Shown one piece after another: positions 1 through 10,696 of a DNA stretch of 64,000 nucleotides. Origin of the DNA: Chrysomallon squamiferum. Lineage: Eukaryota > Animalia > Mollusca. The notes under the pieces were generated by a model, which was not told the DNA's origin, made no database searches, and saw nothing but the letters and a program-made list of their open reading frames with translations. The position numbers and the translations under genes were made by a program. The stretch covers positions 9,920,001 to 9,984,000 of the forward strand of contig CM022674.1 in NCBI GenBank assembly GCA_012295275.1. The letters are read 5' to 3'. The first letter of the stretch is position 1; each line of letters opens with the position of its first letter.

Positions 1-382
1 GTCTTTTCATTAGATAGAATCAAAGGATTTAGTTTTTTTATGAGAGTATCTTTGTTGTTGTTGGTTTGCTTGTTTTAAATGCTAAAAAAAAGAAAAGATA
101 TCAAACGTGTGAAGAAAATCTATCTCTGTGATTACATTAATTGTTAAAATTGTTTCTGTTTCATTACATATATTATTCTACCGTATCTTATTGAAATATA
201 CTTCATATTCGATAGGAATTAAAATTATAATTAACAAATATTTGTACAAAATTAGCTAAAACTGTATTTAAAATTTTGGCAAATATACACTTGCTTTGAT
301 TTATTGACATTGAGAAACTGTATTTAATTATTCGCTTGGAAAATACATACAGGAATATAGACAAAACTTGTTAATTTTCATT

Positions 383-745
383 GCATAAACCTGGCCACTA
401 TGAGTCGAACTTAGAAATTTTGTTCTCTGGAGTAAACTCATAAGGGTAATTTGGACTAAGCGAAAATTATTAGAGGGTGATAAGCCATGTAATGCAGTGG
501 CACTTTTCAGACATTTAGTCTACTTAAGGGTTCAAGCTGAATATTTTACCGCATTAGAACGGCTCAGTAAAAGAGAAAAATTCTTAAAACTGGTGTTTCG
601 AGGGCATCTTTGCCTCATGCACTGACATTATATATCGGCTATGATAACTGATGGTTAGAAATGCATAGAAGTCTTACATGCTTTTTTTCACTGCAATGAA
701 ACGCGAAAACTTCTTAAACAAATTGAACCTAGCTTCCAAAAAACA
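383..745 (+). mobile_element. 3'-end fragments of the same Tx1/L1-clade LINE seen at 3911-6092
   Basis: About 383-670 aligns with 5552-5850 (shared GACTAAGCGAAAATTATTAGAGGGTGATAAGCCATGTAATGCAGTGGCACTTTTCAGACATTTAGTCTACTTAAGGGTTCAAGC). About 680-745 aligns with 5440-5500 (TTTTCACTGCAA.GAAA.GCGAAAA...TTAAACAAATTGAAC), out of order. Confidence 0.8.
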
Positions 746-844
746 GTAACAAACAAATAGCTGTAATATAGAACTATATTAATTGTGAGGGTTTGGTCTG
801 CCATAAGTCTAAGTCCAACAGCCTTTAATGGTCAAAATAAATTT

Positions 845-930
845 CTTTTTGCTAAGATCAAAGTTTAGTGAATGCTGTTATAAGCTTAATACTTCTTCGG
901 GGACAATGATATAAAACTGATTTCTGAAAA
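845..930 (+). pseudogene. Degenerate U2 snRNA fragment (5' half to Sm site)
   Basis: TTTTTGCTAAGATCAAAGTTTAGTG...TAAGCTTAATAC...GGACAATGATATAAAACTGATTTCTGAA resembles metazoan U2 up to the Sm site. Paralogous to 7262-7358. Confidence 0.7.
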
Positions 931-1156
931 GTGCTTGCAAAATATTGAAGAAAATAGACAAAACTTGTTAATTTTCATAAACCATCAAGATGCATTTAAA
1001 CATCTGCGCGACAAAAATTGAACTTAGAAAAATAATAATATATATACATACATACATGTGTATAACAAAATTATAATAACAGATGAGAAAAAAGACTGTG
1101 TACCTCAGACAATACTCACGCATACTTATGTATGTAGTACGTATGTAGTATGTATG

Positions 1157-1188
<32 letters not shown>

Positions 1189-1659
1189 CTGTGATGAGTT
1201 TTTTCCAGATTTTTTATATACATATTCACAACAATATTTAAGATTTGAAATAAAACATGAATGATTTTGAAATGTATCGAAATACGTATTTAATAGATTT
1301 ATGCAAAATACAAGAAAAAGAACAATTAAGATATTCTCCGCATTCTGAATGTTAATTCTTAAAACATGGTAGAAATTTAACTACATATTCAAACTGGTGA
1401 GAGACATTCAGTGATATTTAAGTAACTTCCTGGTCGTCAGAAGAATAAGAAAAACCTGTTTATTATAGAGAGTCATTTACAGTGACACAGCGTTTATTTG
1501 AAATACATGAGCCTTGACGAGTGTTGCGTTATGTATGTCGGGTATTCTGGAGTCGTGTCAAATACACCGAGCTGAATGTGTATGTAGCTAATATTAAAGG
1601 AGGAAAATTTGGGACACATATTTATGTACATATTCAAACTACTAATCGCGAATTTTGAG

Positions 1660-1868
1660 ATGAATCCACATTTTGTACACGTTTTTTGGTTTCTATCAGT
1701 GCTTTGTCTGAGTCTTCCTGAAACAGGTAAGAATCTATAAGATCTGTTTGTTACTAATACGCAATAACTCATACACTTTGAATCCAGTCATGCTATGTTG
1801 ATAGTGAGCGGAGTAACTGTCTGTTAATCTAGTTAAAATCTTCATTAATAAGATTGCTTTACCTGTGT

Positions 1869-1907
<39 letters not shown>

Positions 1908-2889
1908 CACATACATACATATACATACACACACACTGAAACACACACAAGGGGGTGTGTGGGTGGGTGTGGGTGTGGGTGTGGGTGGATGTTGTGACTC
2001 ATAATTATGACTAATATTATAAAAGTAAATATTCTGTCTCAGTTTTATATACGAGTGAATTCGTTAATTCAGTAGGTGACACGAATGGATACCGCTCGAA
2101 CCAAGTCGGGTATTCATAATTGCTTTATTAGAATTCCACTATTTACAGGGAGGATTATCATTTCAAAAAAGATTCCTAAGTGATAATTACCTACCTTTCA
2201 TACCAGTGTATATATATTACCAATACTATTACTAATAAATCTAAATAAATAAACAATATATCGATGTCTGGTTATATTTATTCTTAGTTTACAAACACAA
2301 ATGTACATGCAGAAAGGTAAAAATCTTCTCACCATTAATTAATGCATAAAACAAAGCAAAATGTCGTTGTGAAACCCATTATAAGTCATTTAATTACAAC
2401 GATTCTAAAAACACTAAAGGCTCGTAAACAAGTTCGTTTATTTTGTTTGTTTTTTTCTTACTAATTATTGACGTTTTCTTCCAATCTTTAAAAGTACCTC
2501 GTGTTTTAAAATTTATTTATTTATTTTTTGTTTATTTGTTTAGTTAACGCAGTGTGGTGTTATCAGTGTTCGAGTGTTAAAGAAAATCAGCCATGTCAGG
2601 TTGACTTCAAGGGTATGAACAAGTCAGCTGTAACCAAAGAAGGAATGTACGCTAAAGACTGCTCTGCTCAATATTTGAACCAAAACGCCTCCATCCCGTA
2701 CTATTGTCTTATTGAAGAACAATCCCACGTTGGAGGTAACTTCTCAGTATTTTATAATTATTATTTATTAATCTATAAAACACATACATGACTATGTCAT
2801 ATCACATACATAGACACATTAGCAAATTCATGTAACACACTCCACTTTCTGTAAAACCATATACGTTATATGTCTGTTTGTTACATAAG

Positions 2890-2927
<38 letters not shown>

Positions 2928-3621
2928 GAGACGTAGGCAGATATGTTATAGAATTATGAGTGTGGTGACTACATGTGGTTGGGTAGGTGAGTGTAGATAT
3001 GTGTATATCTATATAAATGAGTAAATGTAAGTAAATGTGTTGGTGCGCGTGTGTGTGTGTGTCTGGGTGTCTGTTTGCAAAACATACATGTATTTATGTA
3101 TGATTTTACAGCCGAATTATTTAGTTTCCATCGAGACTGCACAGATGGTGAACACTTTTCTTACAACCTGGACGACAAGCTTCCACATGTTTATCTGCTA
3201 CAAAACCTCACAACTGGTTTTCCATAACGTGTCGTTTTTTGTTTTTTTTGCAGGACGTTTGCTCGGTTTTCGAAGGGACTGCACTGATGGTGTTCATTAC
3301 TCGTACAACATCAAGGGTGGCAATGTCTCCCAACTTCAAAATCTTCAGCCTAACAATTACTCACACTGTGTCACGTATAAACAGAACGTTATTTGTCTTC
3401 AACTCTGTGACGAGGATTTCTGTAACGGTCCACGACCAAACGTGACAGAGCCGTGCATACCACAGTATTTTGAAAACGGAACAAACATCACTTGTGGTTC
3501 TACGAGTCACGTGCACTGGACACACCCAGTAGTGTTCGGAATCGTCGTAGATGGAATCATGGGAAATATTATAACGGCGCCATTGATTGTGTATGCTCTT
3601 CTTGCATACATTTTACACTGA
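1660..3621 (+). CDS. Ly6/uPAR three-finger (quiver/sleepless-like) secreted, probably GPI-anchored protein, copy 1; exons 1660-1726, 2544-2735, 3254-3621 (208 aa)
   Basis: Signal peptide MNPHFVHVFWFLSVLCLSLPETVNA; mature start VWCYQC; 10-Cys domain ending ICLQLCDEDFCN; extra Cys pair; hydrophobic C-terminus. Both introns are GT-AG and phase 1, and the frame is continuous. An in-frame upstream ATG at 1624 is an alternative start. AATAAA at about 3760 and 3791. Confidence 0.88.
3112..3227 (+). pseudogene. Truncated duplicate of exon 3 (copy-2 type) inside intron 2 of copy 1
   Basis: Intact TTTTACAG acceptor, then (A)ELFSFHRDCTDGEHFSYNLDDKLPHVYLLQNL, nearly identical to the start of copy-2 exon 3. 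Homology breaks at about 3208 and the frame ends TTGFP* at 3227. Confidence 0.85.
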
Positions 3622-3910
3622 ATATAAAAATCGAACACAAACATAATAATATATGATGATGATGATGATGATGATGATGACGATTGAAATTTTAAAAGGA
3701 CGGAATGGTATCGATATTGAATATAAATTATTTATCTGAAATTGTAACTAGATAAACATAATAAAAGAAAACGACGGTATAATACTATAAAATAAATACA
3801 AAAATGCTGTTTACCCGGAACTGTAGAAATATTCTGTTATTTGCATTAAGATTATTTTAGATGATGATTTGAAGTAGTTACTGTTCATACTTCAGAATTC
3901 TATAAATTGT

Positions 3911-6092
3911 TGATCAAACGAAAGTTTATGATAGGGTAGAATGCGATTTTTTATTTACAGTTTTACAAAAATTTAATTTTTGGCCAAATTTTATAAAAAT
4001 GATTAAAATACGTTACACTGTTATTTAGTCAGCTGTTAAAGTTACTGGGTTTGTGTCAAAAGTGTTTAATTTTTCCCGGGGTATTAGACAAGGCTGCCCC
4101 ATCAGCACAGTTCTCTATGTTTTGGTAGCTGAAGCTGTTCGGGAAGATTCCACAGTCACTGGGATAAGTTTACCAGATGACTTCGTCAGTAAGTGGGTTG
4201 GGTATTCGGACGATGGCAATACAACTTTATCTTCACTTTAACTGGGTTAAACAACTTTTCTACAGTTTGTATTTTTATGAACGTGCATCTGGAGCTAAAG
4301 TCAGCTTTGAGAAAACCAGTGGTTTTCTCGTGGAGAAAGATACTCCTCTTGATATAAGAAGGTCCAGTGATCATATTAAATATATTACGTTTCAACTTTC
4401 GTAATACTGATAACTGCAGATAAGTCCGAACCTAAAATTCAAAAAATTAAAACAATTTTAGACATATGGAGTAATAGAAAATTAACATTACGTGTTAAAG
4501 TATTGGCTGTAAATATAATTGCCAACTAGTGTTATCTGGTATCTATCAAACGTTTTGGAATTTCCACAAAAATACGCCAAACAAATTGATAAATGATATT
4601 TGACTTTTTTGGAGCAACAGAGAACATTTTATATGAAAAGAGCAACTTCAACTTCTAAATGTTCGACTAAAACGTATAGCACAAAGAATTAAATTTATAA
4701 GTAGATTTTTTAGTTTAGAGGGTTTAGGGAATTGGAATTCTTTAGTAGATTATTTTTTAGGCCAATATAGAAATCTGAACATCGATAGACACTCTAAAAT
4801 TGATAATTGAAAAAAAAAAAAAAAAAATAGAGAACAAGAATTTTAAATCGATGTCGAATATTTACAAAGACATACTATTAATTTGAGAATAACTTGACAT
4901 AACGCGTTCTAGGGACAGTTATCAACATATTTTATATGAATCCATCCTTGACAATCCGACAATCCACAACACAAATAAATACGCAGAGAAGACTAAACTT
5001 AGAGACATCTGGTACTTAGCTACGAACACTTCATGGACTTCACTGACTGCTCGACCAGCGCGGCATTTCATCGCCAAATAAAAGACTTACAGGACAAATT
5101 TCCGTGACCGCTGCGACGACTCCTTTGATGTGACTTAGACACTATCTTTCATATTCATGTAGGTGACACAAACAAAGACGTGACAGCCGCGAAAACGAAA
5201 GACATATATATAAACACAGTCTTGTTATTGTGATCTCAAAAGACGCATCGTTTAAATGTGAAATCATTTTTAATCAAAGCATAAATTTGGAAAATGTTGG
5301 TATAGACTAAACTATGATTTTTGTTTAGTTTATAAAATGATTAGAAAAGTAGTTACAGTTAGAAAACATCTCTACGATTCGAAGACTGAGTCCACGCCCG
5401 AGAGCCGGGTATGAACGGAGTGGACTCATTCACACACGTTTTTCTTTTCACTGCAAGGAAATGCGAAAATTATTAAACAAATTGAACACACTTTCAAAAA
5501 TGTTGTGGCCACAAATTGAGATCATCAATATAGAATGATTTTTGGAAACAATCATAAATCTGGCAACTATGCGTCGAACTAAGACATTTTTCTCTGGAAT
5601 AAACCCATAAGGGTAATATTGACTAAGCGAAAATTATTAGAGGGTGATAAGCCATGTAATGCAGTGGCACTTTTCAGACATTTAGTCTACTTAAGGGTTC
5701 AAGCAGAATATTTTACTGCATTAGAGCGGCTCAATAGAAGAGAAAAATGTTAAAACACTGGTGTCTCGAAGGGGTCGTTTCCTCGTGCAATGACGCGTTC
5801 TACATTACACATCACCTACAATAATTAATGGTAAAAACTGCACAAAATGTTAATAAAGAAATAAGCCTGGACCTCCCTGCTTGTATCTTTGGAGGCCAAA
5901 CTCAATTTAAACAACACTCACCAAAGTTTAAAATCAAACGACCACACAGCACACTCACTCACTGAAAACAATCATAAAAACTATTACATATTCAATGAGA
6001 ACCTGTCTGTAAATAGGTGCCACTTGCCACAGATAAATAAATGGGGCAACCAGCGAATTATCCGGCACTACCCGAAAGATGAAAAAATAAAA
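3911..6092 (+). mobile_element. 5'-truncated, decayed Tx1/L1-clade non-LTR retrotransposon (RT, C-terminal region, putative 3' UTR)
   Basis: Broken frames give DQTKVYDRVECDFLFTVLQKFNF, GPNFIKMIK, RGIRQGCPISTVLYVLVAEA, YSDD (YADD motif), YERASGAKVSFEKT and an H.F.HC knuckle remnant near 5430. Many stops and frameshifts. The segment 5830-6092 is assigned as UTR only by position; it ends in A-rich GAAAAAATAAAA. Confidence 0.85.
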
Positions 6093-6255
6093 ATCTCATT
6101 TTTCGGCTAAAATCAAAATAATATAGCATCTATTCTTATCAGCTTAGTATCTGATACGTCCTGCATCGGGAGACATCGATATTAAAGTGAGTTTTGGAAA
6201 GAGGTCAGGTGCACGGGTCGACCTGGAATTGCAGCACGTCCAGGAATGGCCCACC
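6093..6255 (+). pseudogene. U2 snRNA-derived copy, near full length, degenerate
   Basis: GGCTAAAATCAAA...ATCTATTCTTATCAGCTTAGTATCTGATACGTCC (stem IIa), Sm-like GAGTTTTGG, and stem IV TCGACCTGGAATTGCAGCACGTCCAGGAATGGCCCACC. The branch-point pairing motif GTAGTA reads ATAGCA and stem III is largely deleted. Confidence 0.88.
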
Positions 6256-6306
6256 AAATTCAAACAAACCAAAAATAGTAATCTAAGTAACATTGCTGAA
6301 GAAATA

Positions 6307-7040
6307 CACTGGTACCACGAGTTACAAGTGTTCCAACTTACGAGATTTTCGAGTTACGAGCAGTCGCCCGGTCATTTTTTGCTGCTTTGAATTGCGAGTT
6401 AAAATCCGAGCTACAGATACGCCGCCGCTAGTTGGGGCAACAGATAACACATCCGCCCAGCATCCCGCGTCTCACTCGTTTACTTCACGTGGTTACCTCG
6501 CCTTGGAAGCCTCTCTGTTGTGTTTTGTTCGCGTTTTGTGCAGTATTTTGCGAACTTTCCTGGATCCTAAGAAAGTGAGTGCAAAGGACAGTGCTGAGAA
6601 GAAGAAGCGGATGATGTCCATTGAATTAAAGCAGGAAATCAGAAAAACATGAGCGAGGTGTGCATGTAGTCGACTTGGCTAGAGAGTACGAGCGTGGTAC
6701 TTCTACGATATGTACCACATTGAAGCAGAAGAAGTCAATAACGGCTGAAACTCCAGCCAAAGGTGTCCATGAAAAGATGGAGAAACCCTAACCCTGTACA
6801 CTTTACAAAAACAATTTATTTCTTTTTTATTTTGTTTTTTTTTATGCAATATTTATCAATTGTACATACATTTTTATTCTTTAAAAACACGTTACTAAAA
6901 ATTGGGATGGTTTTGGGGGGCTGGGACGGATTAATGGTATTTCAATTAATTTCATTTGGGACAATTGATTTAATATGCGAGCCACTGAGTTACGAGCTCG
7001 GTCACGGAACGAATTAAACTCGTAAGTCAAGGTACCACAG
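6307..7040 (+). mobile_element. Non-autonomous pogo/Tigger DNA transposon (734 bp, internally deleted)
   Basis: TA flanks (6305-6306 and 7041-7042). Imperfect TIRs CACTGGTACCACGAGTTACAAG / CTCGTAAGTCAAGGTACCACAG. 6560-6765 encodes a frameshifted CENP-B/psq-type HTH N-terminus: DPKKVSAKDSAEKKKRMMSIELKQEI/EKHERGVHVVDLAREYERGTSTICTTLKQK. Confidence 0.9.
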
Positions 7041-7261
7041 TATATATATAAAATAATAATAATAATAAATAATAAAAACGTCTTCGCCTTCAGGAAAAGT
7101 CAAAAATGTATTCATTATTTTAACAACAAAATAGCAGTAATATAGAACGGTATTAATCTTCTATGAAAATTAAGATTGTGAAACTGCCAAAGTCCCAGCT
7201 GATTGTTACTTAACAGCCTTTAATGGTCAAAATAAACTTAAAAAACAACAAATAACAAATG

Positions 7262-7358
7262 TCTCGGCTTTTGACTAAGATCAAAGTGTAGAATCTGTTG
7301 TTATCAGCTTAATACGTCCTCCATTGGGGGATATTGATATTAAACTGATTTCTGGAAA
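7262..7358 (+). pseudogene. U2 snRNA fragment (about nt 7 to Sm site)
   Basis: TCTCGGCTTTTGACTAAGATCAAAGTGTAGAATCTGTTGTTATCAGCTTAATACGTCCTCCATTGGGGGATATTGATATTAAACTGATTTCTGGAA closely follows protostome U2, with a short deletion in stem IIa and no 3' domain. Confidence 0.88.
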
Positions 7359-7523
7359 GTGATGAGGTGTTTGCAAATACATTCAGGAACATAGACAAAA
7401 CCATGAAGATGCAATTAAAAATCTACTGACAAAAATTGAACTTGCAAAATTAATAATTACATATATAAACGTGTGTAACAAAACTGTAATAAAAAATCGT
7501 GAGGTTTCTTCTGATTGTTTTTA

Positions 7524-8177
7524 TATATACATATTCACAACAATATTTAAGATTTGAAATAAAACATGAATGATTTTGAAATGTATCGAAATACGTATTT
7601 AATAGATTTATGCAAAATACAAGAAAAAGAACAATTAAGATATTCTCCGCATTCTGAATGTTAATTCTTAAAACATGGTAGAAATTTATCTACATGTTCA
7701 AACTGGTGAGAGACATTCAGTGATATTTAAGTAACTTCCTGGTCGTCAGAAGAATAAGAAAAACCTGTTTATTATAGAGAGTCATTTACAGTGACACAGC
7801 GTTTATTTGAAATACATGAGCCTTGACGAGTGTTGCGTTATTTTTGTCGGGTATTCTGGAGTCGTGTCAAATACACCGAGCTGAATGTGTATGTAGCTAA
7901 TATTAAAGGAGGAAAATTTGGGACACATATTTATGTACATATTCAAACTACTAATCGCGAATTTTGAGATGAATCCACATTTTGTACACGTTTTTTGGTT
8001 TCTATCAGTGCTTTGCCTGAGTCTTCCTGAAACAGGTAAGAATCTATAAGATCTGTTTGTTACTAATACGCAATAACTCATACACTTTGAATCCAGTCAT
8101 GCTATGTTGATAGTGAGCGGAGTAACTGTCTGTTAATCTAGTTAAAATCTTCATTAATAAGATTGCTTTACCTGTGT

Positions 8178-8216
<39 letters not shown>

Positions 8217-9190
8217 CACATACATACATATACATACACACACACTGAAACACACACAAGGGGGTGTGTGGGTGTTTGTGGGTGTGGGTGTATGTTGTGA
8301 CTCATAATTATGACTAATATTATAAAAGTAAATATTCTGTCTCAGTTTTATATACGAGTGAATTCGTTAATTCAGTAGGTGACACGAATGGATACCGCTC
8401 GAACCAAGTCGGGTATTCATAATTGCTTTATTAGAATTCCACTATTTACAGGGAGGATTATCATTTCAAAAAAGATTCCTAAGTGATAATTACCTACCTT
8501 TCATACCAGTGTATATATATTACCAATACTACTACTAATAAATCTAAATAAATAAACAATATATCGATGTCTGGTTATATTTATTCTTAGTTTACAAACA
8601 CAAATGTACATGCAGAAAGGTAAAAATCTTCTCACCATTAATTAATGCATAAAACAAAGCAAAATGTCGTTGTGAAACCCATTATAAGTCATTTAATTAC
8701 AACGATTCTAAAAACACTAAAGGCTCGTAAACAAGTTCGTTTATTTTGTTTGTTTTTTCTTACTAATTATTGACGTTTTCTTCCAATCTTTAAAAGTACC
8801 TCGTGTTTTAAAATTTATTTATTTATTTTTTGTTTATTTGTTTAGTTAACGCAGTGTGGTGTTATCAGTGTTCGAGTGTTAAAGAAAATCAGTCATGTCA
8901 GGTTGACTTCAAGGGTATGAACAAGTCAGCTGTAACCAAAGAAGGAATGTACGCTAAAGACTGCTCTGCTCAATATTTGAACCAAAACGCCTCCATCCCG
9001 TACTATTGTCTTATTGAAGAACATTACTACGCTGGAGGTAGCTTCTCAGTATTTTATAATTATTATTTATTAATCTATAAAACACATACATGACTATGTC
9101 ATATACATATATAGACACATTAGCAAATTCATGTAACACACTCCACTTTCTGTAAAACCATATACGTTATATGTCTGTATGTTACATAAG

Positions 9191-9237
<47 letters not shown>

Positions 9238-9770
9238 TGTGGATATGTGTATGTCTATATAAATGAGTGAATGACTTCGTAAGTAAATGTGTGGATGCGT
9301 GTGTGTGTGTCTGGGTGTTTGTATCTGTGGACAAAACATACATGTATTTATGTATCATTTTACAGCCGGAATACATAGTTTCCATCGAGACTGCACAGAT
9401 GGTGAACACTTTTCTTACAACCTGGACGACAAGCTTCCACAGGTTTATCTGCTACAAAACCTGCAGCCTAACAATCAGTCGACCTGTGTGCTGATAGATC
9501 TACTAATGATTTGTCTTCGACTCTGTGACGAGGATTTCTGTAACGGTCCACGACCAAACGTGACAGAGCCGTGCATACCACAGTATTTTGAAAACGGAAC
9601 AAACATCACTTGTGGTTCTACGAGTCACGTGCACTGGACACACCCAGTAGTGTTCGGAATCGTCGTAGATGGAATCATGGGAAATATTATAACGGCGCCA
9701 TTGATTGTGTATGCTCTTCTTGCATACATTTTACACTGAATATAAAAATCGAACACAAACATAATAATAT

Positions 9771-9801
<31 letters not shown>

Positions 9802-10030
9802 CGATTGAAATTTTAAAAGGACGGAATGGTATCGATATTGAATATAAATTATTTATCTGAAATTGTAACTAGATAAACATAATAAAAGAAAACGACGGTA
9901 TAATACTATAAAATAAATACAAAAATGCTGTTTACCCGGAACTGTAGAAATATTCTGTTATTTGCGTTATGTTTATTTTACATGATGATTAGAAATAGTC
10001 ACTGTTCATACTTCACAATTCTGTAAATTG
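7524..10030. repeat. Tandem segmental duplication, unit 2
   Basis: Near-identical to 1215-3910 (offset about 6309 at exon 1 and 6118 at the stop codon). Confidence 0.95.
7969..9739 (+). CDS. Ly6/uPAR three-finger (quiver/sleepless-like) protein, copy 2; exons 7969-8035, 8846-9037, 9366-9739 (210 aa)
   Basis: Same architecture as copy 1 with GT-AG phase-1 introns. Exon 3 reads AGIHSFHRDCTDGEHFSYNLDDKLPQVYLLQNLQPNNQSTCVLIDLLMICLRLCDEDFCNG..., and all 10 core Cys are kept. Confidence 0.88.
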
Positions 10031-10696
10031 TAGTCATTTGTACACAAATGTCTTATTCTAAAACAACAATAATAGAGTAGATAAACAGATTTAAACTGAA
10101 GTGAATCAGGTATATGTTGGAATGAAATTCTAGTACTTGTTTTATTTTCTTACACGATAGACGATATAATCTTCAAAATAAAATCTCGTGTATAAAAAAG
10201 AAAACAAAAACATGGACAAAGCAAGACCGGCAGACTGACATTTCTGTTTCCTGCTAACACATTTGATGCTCGTTCCTGTCCAGTTTTAATTCTGATACAA
10301 AAACATGTTTATCTAAAGATGTGTTCTTATTCTGAAATAATTTTATAATTTATGCAGTAAGACAAACGTAGTTTGTTAACAAGCTTTGTAACTAGTATAC
10401 AAACGCATTGATTATATCGCTTGTTTGTAATTTAGGTGGAGCACTGCAATAAGGCTTATTTATATCTGTGTCAGAAGTAAAGTGTGTCTGGACACGAGTT
10501 TGACATTACAAGTGTCGAAACTGGATATTAAAATGGAATTATAATCTTGTCCTTGTCTCTGCATTTTGTAGAAAAATATTTGCCATGTCTTAGGTGTGCC
10601 ACTGGTTATGCCAAAAAATATTTTTAATGTCAAAAAGGACATAATATGCATAAAACATGATTTCTTAATACTTTAAATGATTAATACTTTGTTTAA

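Larger units (their letters stand above)
1215..3910. repeat. Tandem segmental duplication, unit 1 (near-identical to about 7524-10030)
   Basis: Upstream region, exon 1, intron 1, most of exon 2, the 3' part of exon 3 and the 3' UTR match copy 2 almost base for base. Similarity stops after TAAATTGT at about 3910/10030. Confidence 0.95.

Noticed and set aside
1494-1950. Minus-strand ORFs of 92 and 71 aa, repeated at 7803-8259
   Set aside because: Antisense to exon 1 / intron 1 of the three-finger gene and partly microsatellite; their recurrence is explained by the duplication.
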